DNA of 62,408 bases, filler included, from Sphacelaria rigidula (GCA_964200075.2; 9 parts of 9 records of this genome joined end to end with filler, not necessarily neighbours in it); one strand, 5' to 3'. Shown: positions 36,205 to 49,814, counted from the first letter of the whole stretch. Numbers and translations are program-made. Notes: generated by a model from the letters alone, not told the origin.

Positions 36205-38382
36205 CTGTTACGGGTGCGCCTGACCCCCCAAAATGGCCTAAAAAAGTGTCACCGACCAAATGCTCGAACACGCCGGAGATCTCGCTCATCCCCTGATTAA
36301 CCACGCCGTAAAATCTTCCGAAGTACTTGTGATTTGAGTCGGGTTTCCACTTGACGATTTCCCATTTTCGTCGTCCCGGACTACGAACCACGGCGTGCCT
36401 CGGCTACTCAGCGGTGTGTATTTGTCCAAGCAACAATCTGATACGATTGTGGAACCAAAGGAGTTATGGTGATCGAGAAAATCGCAAAAAATACATGTTT
36501 TCTTCACTTGATGTGTAATAAATCGACCGCCGGATTTCTAGCTGGCGTCTTGGCGCAGATGATACAGAAAATGAGATCCCAATCGATGGCCTTGGCGATG
36601 AGTAATGGGGTTACCCGTTTGGGCTATAAGCGCAAACCAGCGCCTCCAACACTCGCCAGTTTCCACGACATGCGAAACCTCACCCCTATCCAAGGGCCTC
36701 AGAATAGATTACACCCATGAATGACTCTTGGGTAGCGTAGTGGTTGATACATCGCAGGTGTGGAATGTTCGACAGGTGTACAATTTGAACCTTCGACCCA
36801 ACCCCTAAAGGCTTCCGTGTCTGCGGATACTTACCCCCATCTATGCATCGCATGTGATAGTGCCAAGAGTCGCGCTCGTTCTCCTGCACCCGGTGCCATC
36901 ACCACGCCATCGATAGCGTAGATTGGATGGCGGCAAGTATGGAAAAACTCTGAACTGAAGGAGAAAAGAAAGCCACAGAGAAAGCTGGCGTTCAAGAAGA
37001 GAGACCGGTATCCGCCATGGCAACACACTCCAACAGCCGTTATAGACATGATCATGAGTCACACGAACGAAAGCAAGAATCATCTTTGCGACCTTGCAGC
37101 AGCGAAGCGAACAAATTATAAAACCAAACCTAAGCCTAACCACAACAAGGGCATACCGAGAATCCTTGGGCAAGGCGGGTGCAACGTGTTCCTGAAGAGA
37201 AGTGTGCGTTGGCAGACCTCAAATCTGTGCCCCAGGCCCCGATTCAGACAAAATCGCGTTGTGGGCACGCTAGGAGCATGCTAGGAGCACAGCTCCCATG
37301 CAAAGATGCGGATTTCGGTGTTCACACTCAAATCAAGATGGACCAATTTACCCTCCCGAATAGTCAACTATACTGCGTCAAGACGAGACAAAAGACAGCA
37401 TAAAGTCGTCGGCCCACTTTTGCTGAAGCCACATGGCACCGAAGCATCATGAATGTCTTTCAGTGCACCAACCCGTCCTAAGACACGCGTCCGTTGTATC
37501 GGCAGTGGTGAGTGACGGCCGACGATTTGTTTTCATTCCCTCTTGGAACACGATATCTTGGGAGTCCGATGAAAATCATGCATATTCATGAAATGAAAAG
37601 GCATACCCACGGAACAACGAAGACACTTGCACAGGGCAAGTCATTCATCCAAGATTCATCCGCTAAAATTGTAGAACAATGGGGTCCGATAAATCAAACT
37701 CCTCAAAACATGACGAGGAAGTCGACCAACATCCGCCCAGCCTACATGACACACCCGGTGTAAGGGCCGTCCTCGTTGAAGTTCATCAGTACATACGGTT
37801 CTGTCGCATATTGAGCATGTGATTTTGCCCCAATTTTCAATCCGCGTTCCATAAAATAAATGGTCCAGCGTTTGGGTTTCAGTTACCGGCGTTGGGCTAC
37901 AAATGTTCATGGTTGATATTCCTTGGCTTGAGTGTGTACAACGAGAATCGGAATTAAAGTAGGACTGATAGTCCCGTGGGCTCCTCGTGTGCGCAGAACG
38001 TGTTTTCGGCGCCACAGGCGCAGATTTGGGGTCTACCAAGGCCTCACTTTGTCTAGAGAATGTATGTACCGCCCTTGCCCGAGGGTTCTCGGTGTGCGTT
38101 GGGTGGGGTCAACCCAACTAGCCTCCTGGCATTCCAGCGAATCGCAAGCGCGGACGAAAAGTGACGCAGTGGCATGCAATATATGAGGAACAGCGACGAA
38201 AGTAACGGTAGGGTTCTCTATATGAATTTTGTATACATGTCGTTCTCTTCCGATGACGTGAGGCATATTTTACCCGACGGGCCTGGATAAGCCCCAAACG
38301 TCGATCTGTTCGTGTATTTTCGTGGTATTGGTCGGTGACACTTTTTTTGCCCATTTTGGGGGGTCAGGCGCGCCCATAACTG
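36205..38382. mobile_element. ~2.2-kb non-autonomous TIR DNA transposon
   Basis: The ~55-bp inverted ends are CTGTTACGGGTGCGCCTGACCCCCCAAAATGGCCTAAAAAAGTGTCACCGACCAA and TTGGTCGGTGACACTTTTTTTGCCCATTTTGGGGGGTCAGGCGCGCCCATAACTG. No transposase was recognised inside. Confidence 0.82.
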
Positions 38383-38692
38383 TGCACTCTCTGCTATACT
38401 ACTGCCTTCGGGACAGTTGTCGTGTTTTCGGGACACTAGTCGGTCTTTTTCGAGAACAGTACCAACAGCCACGAGCCACAAAATATTTCCAACAGGTTTT
38501 GAGCCTCCGATTCGCGACCACGTAGTCCTTCCGGTCATCGGCCTTCGATTCGGGACTACGACGGTCAGCACGAGCGAGGGCACGTCACTTCAAGGTCGTC
38601 TCAGCAGCGTCATCCAGTAGACCAAGAAATCAGATCCTTTCAACGGATCTGCAGGTGTGAAAAAAAAAAAATTCAAATAAAACTGGAGGCAG

Positions 38693-41480
38693 ATGAATAT
38701 ATCGGGAGAGCCATCTGTAACTCAACTTATCAGGAGTATCAACAAGTTCGACGGTACGAAATTCGTCGAGTGGACGCGCTCTATGCGCGCGATAATTTCC
38801 TCAACTCATCCGGGGATGTCTGATATCCTCAATGGGGTCGAACGCCCCACGGGAATTTATGAAGAAGATTTTTCTGAGGTAGATCACCCAAAACCAGCTG
38901 CCAGATCGACATCAAGAACAAGCCCCATGGAGACCCGTTCCAGAAGCCATCAGCAGCCGCCCGCTCGTTCGCCGTCACCATCGGTGGAGGCACACCGCGG
39001 GGAGCGAGACGACAGCAGCGGCGGGTGATGGCGAAACTGCTGGTGTTCAAGCCCAACCTCGTGTTCGACAAGTGTCCATCTCAGCGTGGAGTTACATGTG
39101 AGACAGATTTTGAACATGCGTGAGATACAAAACTGGGACCGGTATAACGAACATTTGTTCAATGTTTCGTAGTTATCGACAACTGGTTCAGCGGCAAGTT
39201 ACCTCCTGCGTTTTCAGCCGAAGGGTTCAGAGAAACCAAACAGCAAAAATGCGTGGGAAGGTTTAGTAGCCAAGAACCAAAATTCATCTAAGCAGAGACG
39301 CCGCTTACTGATGCGACAGCTAGACACCATGACCATGTCACCAGGACAAGATCCGGACGTTTTTCTAGCAAAGCAAAGCTATTCCAGCTCCCAGACGAGC
39401 TCGTGCACATTGGCGAACCCATCTCCGACGAATGACTTACTGATATCATAGTCGACGGTCTAACCAGCGACTACGACCAAATAAAATATAACGCAGAACG
39501 AGATCCAGACTTGAGCATCGGGGATATCGAAACTACCCTACGCAACATGTATGCCAATAGACTGGCGAGGAAAGTAACCGCGAGCAGATCACATGGCCGT
39601 GATCTTCAATGCTGGCGGCAGCAATGTCGAACTCCTCGAATCAACCCGCGAAATTTCGCGGAAAATAATTCTCGTGCGGAAGAAGAGGTCACCACGTCCG
39701 CGACTGCCGTTCTAGTGGGCAGTCAAACCACCAGAACAGGTCTGTCAAATGGTGCAGTTTTTCACCATACAGACAAACACAACGACTCTGAGTGCAGAAA
39801 CCAACTGAACAACAGGAACGCGAACACCAACACCAGCAACAACAGCAATCACAACTGTCGTAGTAACCCCCGTCGTCGCAATAATAACAGCAACAGCATC
39901 AGCATCAGCATCAGCATCAGCATCAGCATTAGCATTAGCGTTAGCATCAGCAACAATAACAACAACAACAACAACAACAACAACAACGGCAGCAGCAACA
40001 TTTCAATGGACATCAACGCCAAGCCAACAATGCCATCGCCGATCCAGCTTCCGCGACAGTACCATCGAATGACCAAGGCCAACAAATTTCGAAACCTTCG
40101 GCCGAAACTGTGCTTGACTCATGTCAACCACCAAACCACGTGCGATTTTCCTTCCTTTCAGGTTCTCATATCACTGACACTGTACAGAAAGTCAAATTTC
40201 TTTCAAGATGGCAGTTGACAGTGGTTCCAGCGGACATCTTTTGGATAATCAGCTATTGCCGAATATCGAAAGTGAAATGGTTGACTACGTGCAGCTCGAT
40301 CCACCCATGGGTATCCTTACCGCTGGACGTCATCTACTACATGGTACGGGAAGAGACGTTCTCACGACCATCGTCACTGATTCCCAGCGAATCGGGCGTA
40401 CTGTCAGGCTCCCTGCAGTAATTGTTCCAGGTCTCGGGAAACATTTGTTCTCGCCTATTGAAGCTCAAACGAAAGGCATATCGACAATTTTTCCAGGATT
40501 CTCATGTAGACCTTGGAACCTTCAAAGAGCCTATCAACAGTGATCTCAGCGGAACACTTCTGTACATCCACTTGAAGATTTCTCAGAAACCAGGGATCAA
40601 CAACTACAGCTCAGCACTGACGGTCACGACTATGTCAGGGGAACTTATGGGCATCGGCACTGTTCATGTAGCAGAAACAGTTCAAGACATGGCCAACGAT
40701 TCAACAGCCCTGTCTACCACGGTGGTAGCAGACGTACGGCACGAGCGACTCGGACATCCTACGGAACAGGTAATGCGACGTCTTCAGAATATCCTTCAAA
40801 CAGGTGTGAGGTTTGAAGGGTCAATATCGCCTTGTGAAACCTGCAAAGTAAAATAAGAGCGTACGGTAGGACCATCCAAAAACCGTAGACTCCACCAATG
40901 TTTCGGAGCGGTTACAACTGGTCAGCACCGACCTGTCAGCACCCATTACACCTACTGATGGGAGGCTATAGGTACATGACAAAACTTACGGATTTTCACA
41001 CGCGATTCAACGTGATGTACTTTATTAAGACAAACGGACGCTCTCCCTGCGCTCCGCCGGTTCATCCGAGATCTGGCTAGTCCTTCAGGGCTCCGCGTAC
41101 ACCGCCTACGGTCTGACCGCGGGGGCGAATACGTTGCGGACTACTTTAGAAGATACTGCGAAAGAATGGGTATTCTTCAAGAATTTACTGCCCCTTAAAC
41201 CCCTCAGCAAAATGGCATTTCCGACCGAGACGGAAGAACTATCCTGAATATTACGCGCTGCCTCCTGAATGAAGCGAATTTGCCGCAGATTCTCTGAGGG
41301 GAGATTGCGGGAACTGCGGTCTTCTTGATCAACCGCTTGCCGCACACTAGCATCGGAGGAGACACCCCATACTATCGGATGTTTCTCGAACAACCGAAAC
41401 TGTCGTTTTTGATAAATTATCGGCTCAAGAGCGTTCGTGCACAAGGAACGCCATCATAGTAAACTAGAGGAAAGCTTGGG
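38693..41480 (+). mobile_element. Decayed Ty1/copia retrotransposon (gag, protease, GAG-pre-integrase, integrase); RT/RNase H are not in the contig
   Basis: Gag KFDGTKFVEW, AWEGLVAK, PGQDPDVFL, GLTSDYDQIK; Zn knuckle CGRRGHHVRDC; protease VDSGSSGHL; HERLGHP...CETCK; integrase STDL, RSDRGGEY, TPQQNGIS, TAVFLINRLP. The PR-IN order is copia-type, and there are multiple stops and frameshifts. Confidence 0.93.
39880..39999 (+). repeat. Compound (AGCATC)n/(AAC)n microsatellite inside copia gag
   Basis: Direct inspection. Confidence 0.95.
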
Positions 41481-41673
41481 AAGGAGTATAAACCCTTTTG
41501 GCACTGAAGCTCACTAACAACACGTTCACGACGTGTTGGTAAAATAATAATAAACAAGTCTGGGAGCGACCTGNNNNNNNNNNNNNNNNNNNNNNNNNNN
41601 NNNNNNNNNNNNNNNNNTTAATTAATTAANNNNNNNNNNNNNNNNNNNNNNNNNNNNNNNNNNNNNNNNNNNN

Positions 41674-41846
41674 TACAGTCGACGGAAGTCACTGGGGGCT
41701 TAGATGCCCTCCAGAGGATTCGTTGATGTCCATTCCAGAGGGATGAAACACCTCTAGAGGGTATTTTACCTCCAGAGGGTCATTTACCCTTCAGAGGATG
41801 AAAATCACGACAAAGGATTTCCAGACAGGAGCCGAATGGCCGTGTG
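41674..41846. mobile_element. Right end of a TIR element related to 42658-44459
   Basis: Colinear with 44295-44460 (GAAGTCACTG...CCCTCCAGAG...GAGGGTCA...GATGAAAATC...AGCCGAATGGCCGTGTG). Confidence 0.75.
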
Positions 41847-42657
41847 TGTGTTTTCTTGTGTGTATTCTCCATTTTCCTCGGTCATGAGAAGACTCATGTC
41901 ATTGCCTGCTGAAATTTCTGCCCAAGATGAGGATTCGATCGAACCGATGCGAGACCCGGCTCTTGTACAACCTGTTTTTTCACGGATCATGGACAAACTT
42001 CGCAGACTATACGCGCACACGAGGCACGACCTATTTGCAGGTGGGGTATGCAAATAAGAGCGTACAAGTCGCGAACGCCTCCAGGGCCAAATGCACTAAC
42101 AAAAACCAATTCTGGACACACCGAACAATAGACGTACTCCACAGCAGCGCACACCACGGCTGTAACACCGATCAGATTGTTGTTGTTGTAGGGCAGGATG
42201 CTAGAAACGTAGGCGGCGATGAGTTCTCTGCTTCATCGTACCGGGACTCGTAGAATGAATCGCTTCTTGTTGGAGCACTTCTTCAAGGCAATTTCTCAGA
42301 GCCCCCAAAAAATGTTGATGGTGCTAGTTGCTGCGGCATGGACATGAGGGCACCAGCTGAGTGTGAGTGTAATCCTGTCATGAGTGTGTGCGATTACGTG
42401 ATGACGACCGTCGATACCCGCCGCAGCCTATGCGCGAGAAAACTGTGTATCCGAGCAGATAACGGCATTTGGATGCCCTGAGTACTATACACGGCCGTAT
42501 ATCCGCAAGTTGAGGTTGAACTTGTGAAATCACACCATCATGGTACTACAATTATCGCTGTCTGCTGTCTGCTGTGCGGATTGTACACTCTGTACCGCAC
42601 ACAACAAACAGTATACTTCCTTTGTCCCACAAGGAAAGATACCTAAATGTGTACGTA

Positions 42658-44459
42658 CACGCGGCCATTCGGCTACCTCGTAGAGGAATTTTCAAACGGC
42701 ATCCTCGGTTCCGTCCGTTTTTATAATCTCCCCTAGAGGATCTTGGGTATTCGTAATCCTCTAGAGAATTTTCAATGTCGGGGCCCTCGAAGGTCTGTGT
42801 CGATATTAAAATTCCTTGAGTTGTTTTCCGAGGCACAAGTGCTATGGAAATCTGGAATTTTCACAGCTGGTCGAAATAAGTTCCGATTCCAAATTATTGG
42901 AATCAGGCCGAAATTATATATTTCGAACAGCAGAGGCTGTGCAAATCCCATATACACTCGCAAAAGAAATTTGCACACCAGAAACTGTTCGAAATAAACC
43001 CACCAATACCTTGAATTGGGCAAAAAAAAACATTTATTTGCGAGCAGCTTTTGCTGTTCAAGCCCCACATACGACACGGTATCGGTGGATGAGAGTCGAG
43101 AGACAGCAGAAGTCGTTGAGAACTCATCGTCTTGCCCCCCGTTTCATATCTTGGGCAAGCGGATCGAAATCTTCAACAGCTTCGACTGGTTTCAACTCCC
43201 TTACACCGATTGCGAATGTATGTACACACAGCCATACTAAGAAGCTTTAGCTTGTGGTTGAGATATTCCCACAGTAAGAACCTCATCTATCTAAACATAC
43301 GAGCTTGAAAACCCCGTCGTCCGGTGTTCACCATTCGAACACCAAAGTGAAGCATTTTTTTGAGAGAACTCGCGAAAAAATATGATCGCAGTTTATCGTG
43401 TACGTTGATGGTGATATATATATATTATCATCACAACAATAAGCATGGTTTGATGCTGTACTGGACAGTACAATACCGTGTAGGACAGTACCATATCGTG
43501 CTTATATACGTGCTGTACAATATATTGCAGAGTTAGCGCGGCATATGCGCCACGTGCGGCTAAACAAAGTGGATGCCTGTTACTTTGGATGCATGGCCGT
43601 GTTATATACCGTGAGCTACTGAGTATAACACGATGCCCGTTCTTGCAGCGTACTCACCGCTGCAGTCAGTAGGAAGTGAAAGGGAAGCGCACAAAGTACA
43701 GTACAGACAGCGTAGGACTATATGTATGTTTTCGGCCCACAGTGCAACGTGAAAAGGACTTGAACCGTGTGCGCAGCTTTCTCTGCCTGCACTGTTCATG
43801 GGTGTGTATGCAGTGAACCGCCGGTTGTTGCTCGCACCATACCCCGCTGCTCAAGTTCAAACTTCCACCAACAAGACATACATCATGCTCAACTACTGCA
43901 GTGTGTATCTGTATCCCCGTGCCCAACTCGTGCTCTTTGCTGCAGGGTCATCGTGGTGGTATTATAGCTGGGGATAAGTGTTGTCGGGTTTGCAATTCAA
44001 TCTGAGAACGGCGGGTGATACATATATTTTTTCTGGCGTGATGGTCCTAAAGGTCCTTTGGAAGCAGTTATAGGACACAAGTGCACAAGTGCTGATGTAC
44101 ACGCTGGACGATACTGCACGGCTATGTCTTCCGGAGTCGCAAAAAATGCCTTAGAGATCATAGTCGATCCCTCCGCCAGAGGAATGATGCTCATATTTCC
44201 CTCTGCCGTTCATATTTCCCTCTGAGGGACGTTCACGAAAACCACGTGCTTCAGTGCACCATATTTTTGGTACTCTGGAGGGATTCAGACCTCAGAAGTC
44301 ACTGAAGCATCAGAGGCCCTCCAGAGCATTCGGTTCATGACCGGAACCGAGTATGAAATACCTTCTAGTGGATGTTTTTATCCTCCCGAGGGTCACTTTA
44401 CTCTGGAGAGATGAAAATCGCGAAAGAGGATTTTAAGGGGGTAGCCGAATAGCCGCGTG
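42658..44459. mobile_element. ~1.8-kb non-autonomous TIR DNA transposon with CTCYAGAG subterminal repeats
   Basis: TA-CACGCGGCCATTCGGCTACC ... GGTAGCCGAATAGCCGCGTG-TG. Confidence 0.72.
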
Positions 44460-44581
44460 TGAGTCTTCACTTCGCCTTCCAATTTATCCGGAAATTTGGC
44501 GAAAAACTATTTACTGCGAACAGCGTCAGCTGGGCACATCCCAGCGTTGCAATCAGCTACGTAATGCGCGATCATCATCTT

Positions 44582-44800
44582 TTTTGTCTTTGTTCGTGCT
44601 TGTGTTTGTGTTTGTCGTTATGTTGTTGTTTGTTGTTGTTGTTGTTGCTATTGCTGTTGCTGTTGGTGGTGGTAGTGGAGGTGGTGGTGTTTTTTGTTAT
44701 TTTGCTGCCCCCTTTCTTTCCTTTCTGAGGCCGTTGCTTCTGTCATTTTTTCTGTCCCTTCCTTTCTTTTTTGTATTTTTTAATTATTCTGTTCTGTTCT
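44582..44800. repeat. Low-complexity GTT/GGT/T-rich tract
   Basis: Direct inspection. Confidence 0.9.
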
Positions 44801-45456
44801 TGCTGCCCCTGATCACGAGCTGGATTGTTGCAATCAGCTAATGTGAGATAACCAACCAACCAATCAATCCCGCATACTGCGCCGTTATCAGCAAATGGGA
44901 TCCGACAAGCAGAAAAAATTGTTGAAAGTAATTCATCCTTTTGACCCCCGTTCCATGCACATGGGCAAAAGGATGAATAACTCTCAACAGCTTTTGCTGA
45001 ATGGAGATCCGACACACTGATTACGATCGAGTGTATGTCCACACGCCTACGAGTTTAGATACGACGCTTCTGCTGAAGACGTGCATGTTGGGATGACGGT
45101 ATATACCTCGCATATCAGTCCACATTGCTTTCGAAAACCCCGTGGTCCGCAGTCCACCAAAAATCACTCAACCGAGTATGCTTTTGTTTGATAGTTATTA
45201 GAAGCACAAAATAATGACTTCTTATACAACAAATCAGGTAGCTCAATATAGGCAACCTGACGCACTCCCGAGCATAAAACCGCGAGTTCATTTCTCACCT
45301 CTGCCACTTCCCGACCGTTCTTTTCTGCCAGTACCATGCCCACGTTGTATGGAGTATATTGTATGCGTGCTACAAAGGCTGCACAGCATATTAACAGCGA
45401 TGAATTCTACACGGAGTGACGAAACCCTATGAAGCACCCGTGTGGCACAAAATAAT

Positions 45457-45590
45457 AACCTACAGTCAGATCCCCGCGAGAAACCCTGCACTGTTTCCCT
45501 AACCCCTGTGAAGCGTCCTGTAGAGCGCAAAAAACAAAACTACAGCCAGATCCCCGCTAGAAACACTGCACAGTTTCCCTAAACCCTGTA
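45457..45590 (+). repeat. Two tandem copies of a ~50-bp motif at ~80-bp spacing
   Basis: CTACAG(T/C)CAGATCCCCGC(G/T)AGAAAC(C/A)CTGCAC(T/A)GTTTCCCTAA twice. Confidence 0.85.
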
Positions 45591-46189
45591 GGCGTGCCCC
45601 ACAAGGTGCTATTTGTCCACGTGTGCACCAAAACAGCCCGTAGTTGTGATGTGAAAGTACATACTCGGAGCAGAAGTTGGAAAGAGCCCGATGAGAGTTG
45701 GTTCCTAAGCAGCCTTTAGAGCAGCCGTGGAAAAAGCAGTACACCACACAAAGGGCCATCATCGTCGAAAATGAAGCTCAACTTGTTGGAGCTTTCATCA
45801 TGCTACATTATTGGTGGTACCCCAATGAATCGGTAACGTTACATTCCGGGTTGACACATGTTCAACCCGCAGTCAGAATAAAGACAACCATGTTGTAAGC
45901 AGGGGCGGTTGATTCCAAATCGAAACCCAGTCCTTCTTTCTCAACCCGATCTTGGACAATCACTGTTGTTCTGACTCATACAACGCATCATCACTACTGC
46001 AGATATACAGATACGCTCTCAGCGTCAGCCTGTGCATCAGTACGTGTTACAGTCGCAGCCAGAGTGAATCGTACCCTGCGGGAAATGATCACAACCGATT
46101 CCGCAGCAAATTCCCCACGTATCAGCAAGAAGTTCATAGATGAACACCCGGCTATCATGGCAGCTGATATAAAACCAGCACCGCCAGGG

Positions 46190-47560
46190 CACATGGATCT
46201 TAGAAGCGCGGACGGTCCGCCGAAAAACTCCTAGGGTCAGTCGTTTCGAGCGTATGTTGGGGATAAAAATCCTGCCAGCAGAAGCATGTGTATTACCTAA
46301 TCTGGGGCCGGATTGTCTATTACTGGACAATTTCATTATGAGTGCTCTCAAAACACACTCGACTGGCAGGCGGAAGATTACCGGATGTACCTCAAGCATT
46401 CACGCGCATCAGTGTCGCAAGGACAGTATGCACGTGGTCGGCGACGAGTAAGACGGCAATGGTACAAATCGCCAACCCGTCGAGCCGACATGTAAACCCT
46501 GAACGCAATACGATTTTAGGCTTTATCACCTCAATACAAGAGACGAAACCCTAGGAAAACTTCATAATAACAATAATACGAGACAAAAACCGGAGAAACT
46601 TCATGTTTTTCCGGACACCCTCTCACGACTGCTTGCGCTACTTCAGAGCGACGACAAGCTTGAATCAAACCGTCGCTTACACGAATATGTGGTAACGTGC
46701 CAAAAGACCCGGCGCTGCAAATAGGCGAACCACAGTATCAATGTCAAATATCAACTGAGAAGCTCGACCGTTTGAAGCCGGTGCAAAATGACCGAGCGCT
46801 TTCAGTCAACCGCGGGAAAAACATGCAAAAAGAGCAAACACGGGAGTACGTACAACATGTCAGGGTTGCCAATGCCGAAAAACCGGTCCATAAACGGCCA
46901 AAATTTGCCGATGGGATACGTTCCGGTAGAACGGCCATACGAAAGAGTGCCGGTAGACCTAGTCGAATACAAAACAACTTGAATGTCAAAGGCTGGAGTA
47001 CTGTGTAGATAGGTACTATCCGTAATGGACCACCTCACAGGGTATGCCTTGCTCATTTCGGTACCAAATAGACAAGCCATGATGTCGATAGCCAGAACTT
47101 TTAGTGATAAGAGTTTTACCACATTTGGCATCCGGGAAAAGCGGCAACACCCGAAGAATTTTCCAAAGAAACACGAGAAAACCTACAGTTTGGATTTGAA
47201 ACTGCGAGCGAACGAGCAAGGAAACAGAAACAAATTCAAACCGTTCCCAGTGTTCGAACCCGGTCAAAAGGTACTCACGTACCAACCATACCAGGACTCA
47301 GAAGGGCCGAACCCGAAACTCCAATAATTACCATGGAGAGGACCTTTCATGATAACCGAGAGACGATCGCCGGTTGAGTGCAAAATCAAAATAGGCGACG
47401 ACTCTAAAGAAATGTCAATACATCTCGCTCACTTGAAGAAATATCGTCCGCGGAAAACCCCACCCGCATCAGATTTCGATCAACCAAGCGAGGTGTTCAT
47501 AAGCAAACGGATACCTGTCCCAGAGAGAGACCAGCCAGAAAAAACGCACCTACAAAAGAA
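46190..47560 (+). mobile_element. Internally deleted Ty3/gypsy remnant (protease, integrase Zn finger/core start, GPY/F-like C-terminus)
   Basis: LGIKILPAEACVLPNLGPDCLLLDN; CQGCQCRK; PVERPYERVPVDLVEY; VLSVMDHLTGYALLISVP; FEPGQKVLTY...PKLQ/PWRGPFMI...IHLAHLKKY. Confidence 0.85.
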
Positions 47561-48640
47561 CATTTCATCGAAACATACCGTCATGATATTGAGTTTAGAA
47601 GTGCTCACATCCGGAGTCAAAATCAAAAAAAATCCGGGAAACGGAAACGAATGTGACTGTTCAACAGGCTGTTCGAGCGTCCTAGCAAAACGCTCAAGGG
47701 TTGAGCAGTAGGCTGGGGTCACAACTTGGAGATCAATGAGAGTCACCACAAAAAAGTAAAAACGACGTGAGAACAATGCAGACATGAATGGACGAATATT
47801 TGACGTGTCAGCGGTGACGGGGGTGCAACTTCCCAAGGGAAATAGCCTCTCAGCAATGGGAGTAGTTGCTGACACGAAGCAAAGATTATTTCGATGACGT
47901 TTGACCATAACACACAATGCTCGCAAGATAAACACCATACCCACCGCTTTGTCGCTAACGCGAGGACCTCGTCCTACTCCGGTGTAATTTTCTAACGAGT
48001 CGAGCGTAGCTCTGGCTCCCTACAGCGACCCTCTTCGTATAACATTCACCGCCCAAGCGCGCACTATCCCTCTGCGGAGTCTATTCTTCATCATTCGGTG
48101 AGTGAGTTTTGGACAAATGAAGGTTGCTGACACAGACGACCATTGAACAGCGACGTTGTAGTCTCACCCTGCTGGTTGATGGTACCCTCTAGTGATGGCC
48201 ATATGTTTTTATTGTATTATCGCGTTTGGTGACTTTTCGAAACTGGGTCTATTTTGTTTTTCATGGGTTTTTTGCTAGCCTTCGACGACGGAAGGCGTCC
48301 GCATCATATGCCCAGTACGAATGTACCGCGCAGACATCGGAACGGCTTGTAACGTGAAGACGACAACGACAACGATCTCCCGTCTCTTTTTACCGCAGGT
48401 GGCGCAAGCGCGAGATGTAATGGATCCCACACGGGGAAGGCACGGCCTCAGCAATCGCGTGCGCGGACCGCTTGTGGGCATCATGCACTCGACAGGTATG
48501 AGGCACCCCTACAGCGACNNNNNNNNNNNNNNNNNNNNNNNNNNNNNNNNNNNNNNNNNNNNTTAATTAATTAANNNNNNNNNNNNNNNNNNNNNNNNNN
48601 NNNNNNNNNNNNNNNNNNGTCTCTATTAGGAGTAGGAATG

Positions 48641-48719
48641 GTGCTCCGTCTCGAAAGAGGTGCGTGGTCAATGGTCACATGACTAAGGCGAGCAACAAAT
48701 GAGTACGCCCCGCCTCCCC
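48641..48719 (+). repeat. Poly-C-tailed short element, subfamily A
   Basis: GTGCTCCGTCTCGAAAGAGGTGCGTGGTCAATGGTCACATGACTAAGGCGAGCAACAAATGAGTACG followed by a C-rich tail. Confidence 0.92.
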
Positions 48720-49013
48720 AAGTCTGTGATGTGCACCGTCGTACTTCGTTGGCTGTAATACTACTCTCGCACCTACCCCGCAACCCGTACAGTTGGGGGA
48801 AGCGGGAGACTGGTTCGTCCCCCTCCCGTTGCTGCTACTACTCCCTAACCTAGCATACACGCCAATGTGTCCTGTGGTCAGGTGTGAGTTGAGTGGAAGG
48901 AGGGAGGTCATGAACTCTGGCGAGAGAAACACTTTTACACAACGAACGCCCTCATGATTTTTTACAGCAGTGGGCGGTCTGACTATTCATTTTGTGGCGT
49001 GTTGTGAATTTTT

Positions 49014-49272
49014 CATACGTCGGACAGATCATGATCTGCCTGAAACAACTAATGAAAGAAGACTCTCGAGTCCGTTGGTCCAAAAACACAAAATATGTGA
49101 CAGCGGAGTCAGTAAAGCCAAAGCGCAACCGTTGCACTACTCGGCATGCTCAGCGTCCGGCACCGTAAGGAGCAAACATGGAAAAGTTGGGTCAGATGAT
49201 ACGGATCATGATCTGGATCAGTATACTGAGAAGAAGTAATTTTCAGACGGATCATGATCTGTCCGACGTGTG
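49014..49272. mobile_element. 259-bp MITE with a perfect 8-bp TSD (hAT- or P-like)
   Basis: GAATTTTT-CATACGTCGGACAGATCATGATCTGCCTGAAA...TTTCAGACGGATCATGATCTGTCCGACGTGTG-GAATTTTT, with internal GATCATGATC repeats. Confidence 0.9.
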
Positions 49273-49814
49273 GAATTTTTCGTAATTGGCGATTTTCTTC
49301 GGCTCTTTATGCTTGCCACCGCTCATCACATTGAGGATCTGAAGATATTTGAATCTTTCTTTACATTCCAAGAAGAAAAATCATCCGTACTCAATATTGA
49401 GTGACTTACGGGCTGACCGGTCATCGGGGGTCCTGCTGCATTTCAGCCCAGATTCGTATTCTTCGGTATTTTTGGTCAATCAAGCCTATCCTGATTATAT
49501 TTGTGAAGAAATGTACAGTTTTATTTTATTGAAACTCTACCTAGTCATTGCACTAGAGCCGAAAACTACTATTCACGTTCAATAACACCCTCCTGATAAA
49601 CGAGGTATTTGCTCGTATCGCCCGATAACACCAACTAACACTGACTTAGGCACTGTGTTTCGAGGTTGATATTTTCATTGTACCAAAATCTACCGACCCT
49701 AGCGGTTCCGAGCCCTATCGAAGAGTAGTACGCGAGGGAAACCCCAAAGCACCCCTGAATAGTTTGACCGCCCACTACTTTGGTATTGATGATACTCTTC
49801 CTTTCATCCGTGGT

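Noticed and set aside
43000-45160. Two short similar segments (CAGCTTTTGCTG...GAAAACCCCGT) whose minus strands read RTTGFS, suggesting a Mutator-like transposase relic
   Set aside because: Too short and degraded to assign by eye.
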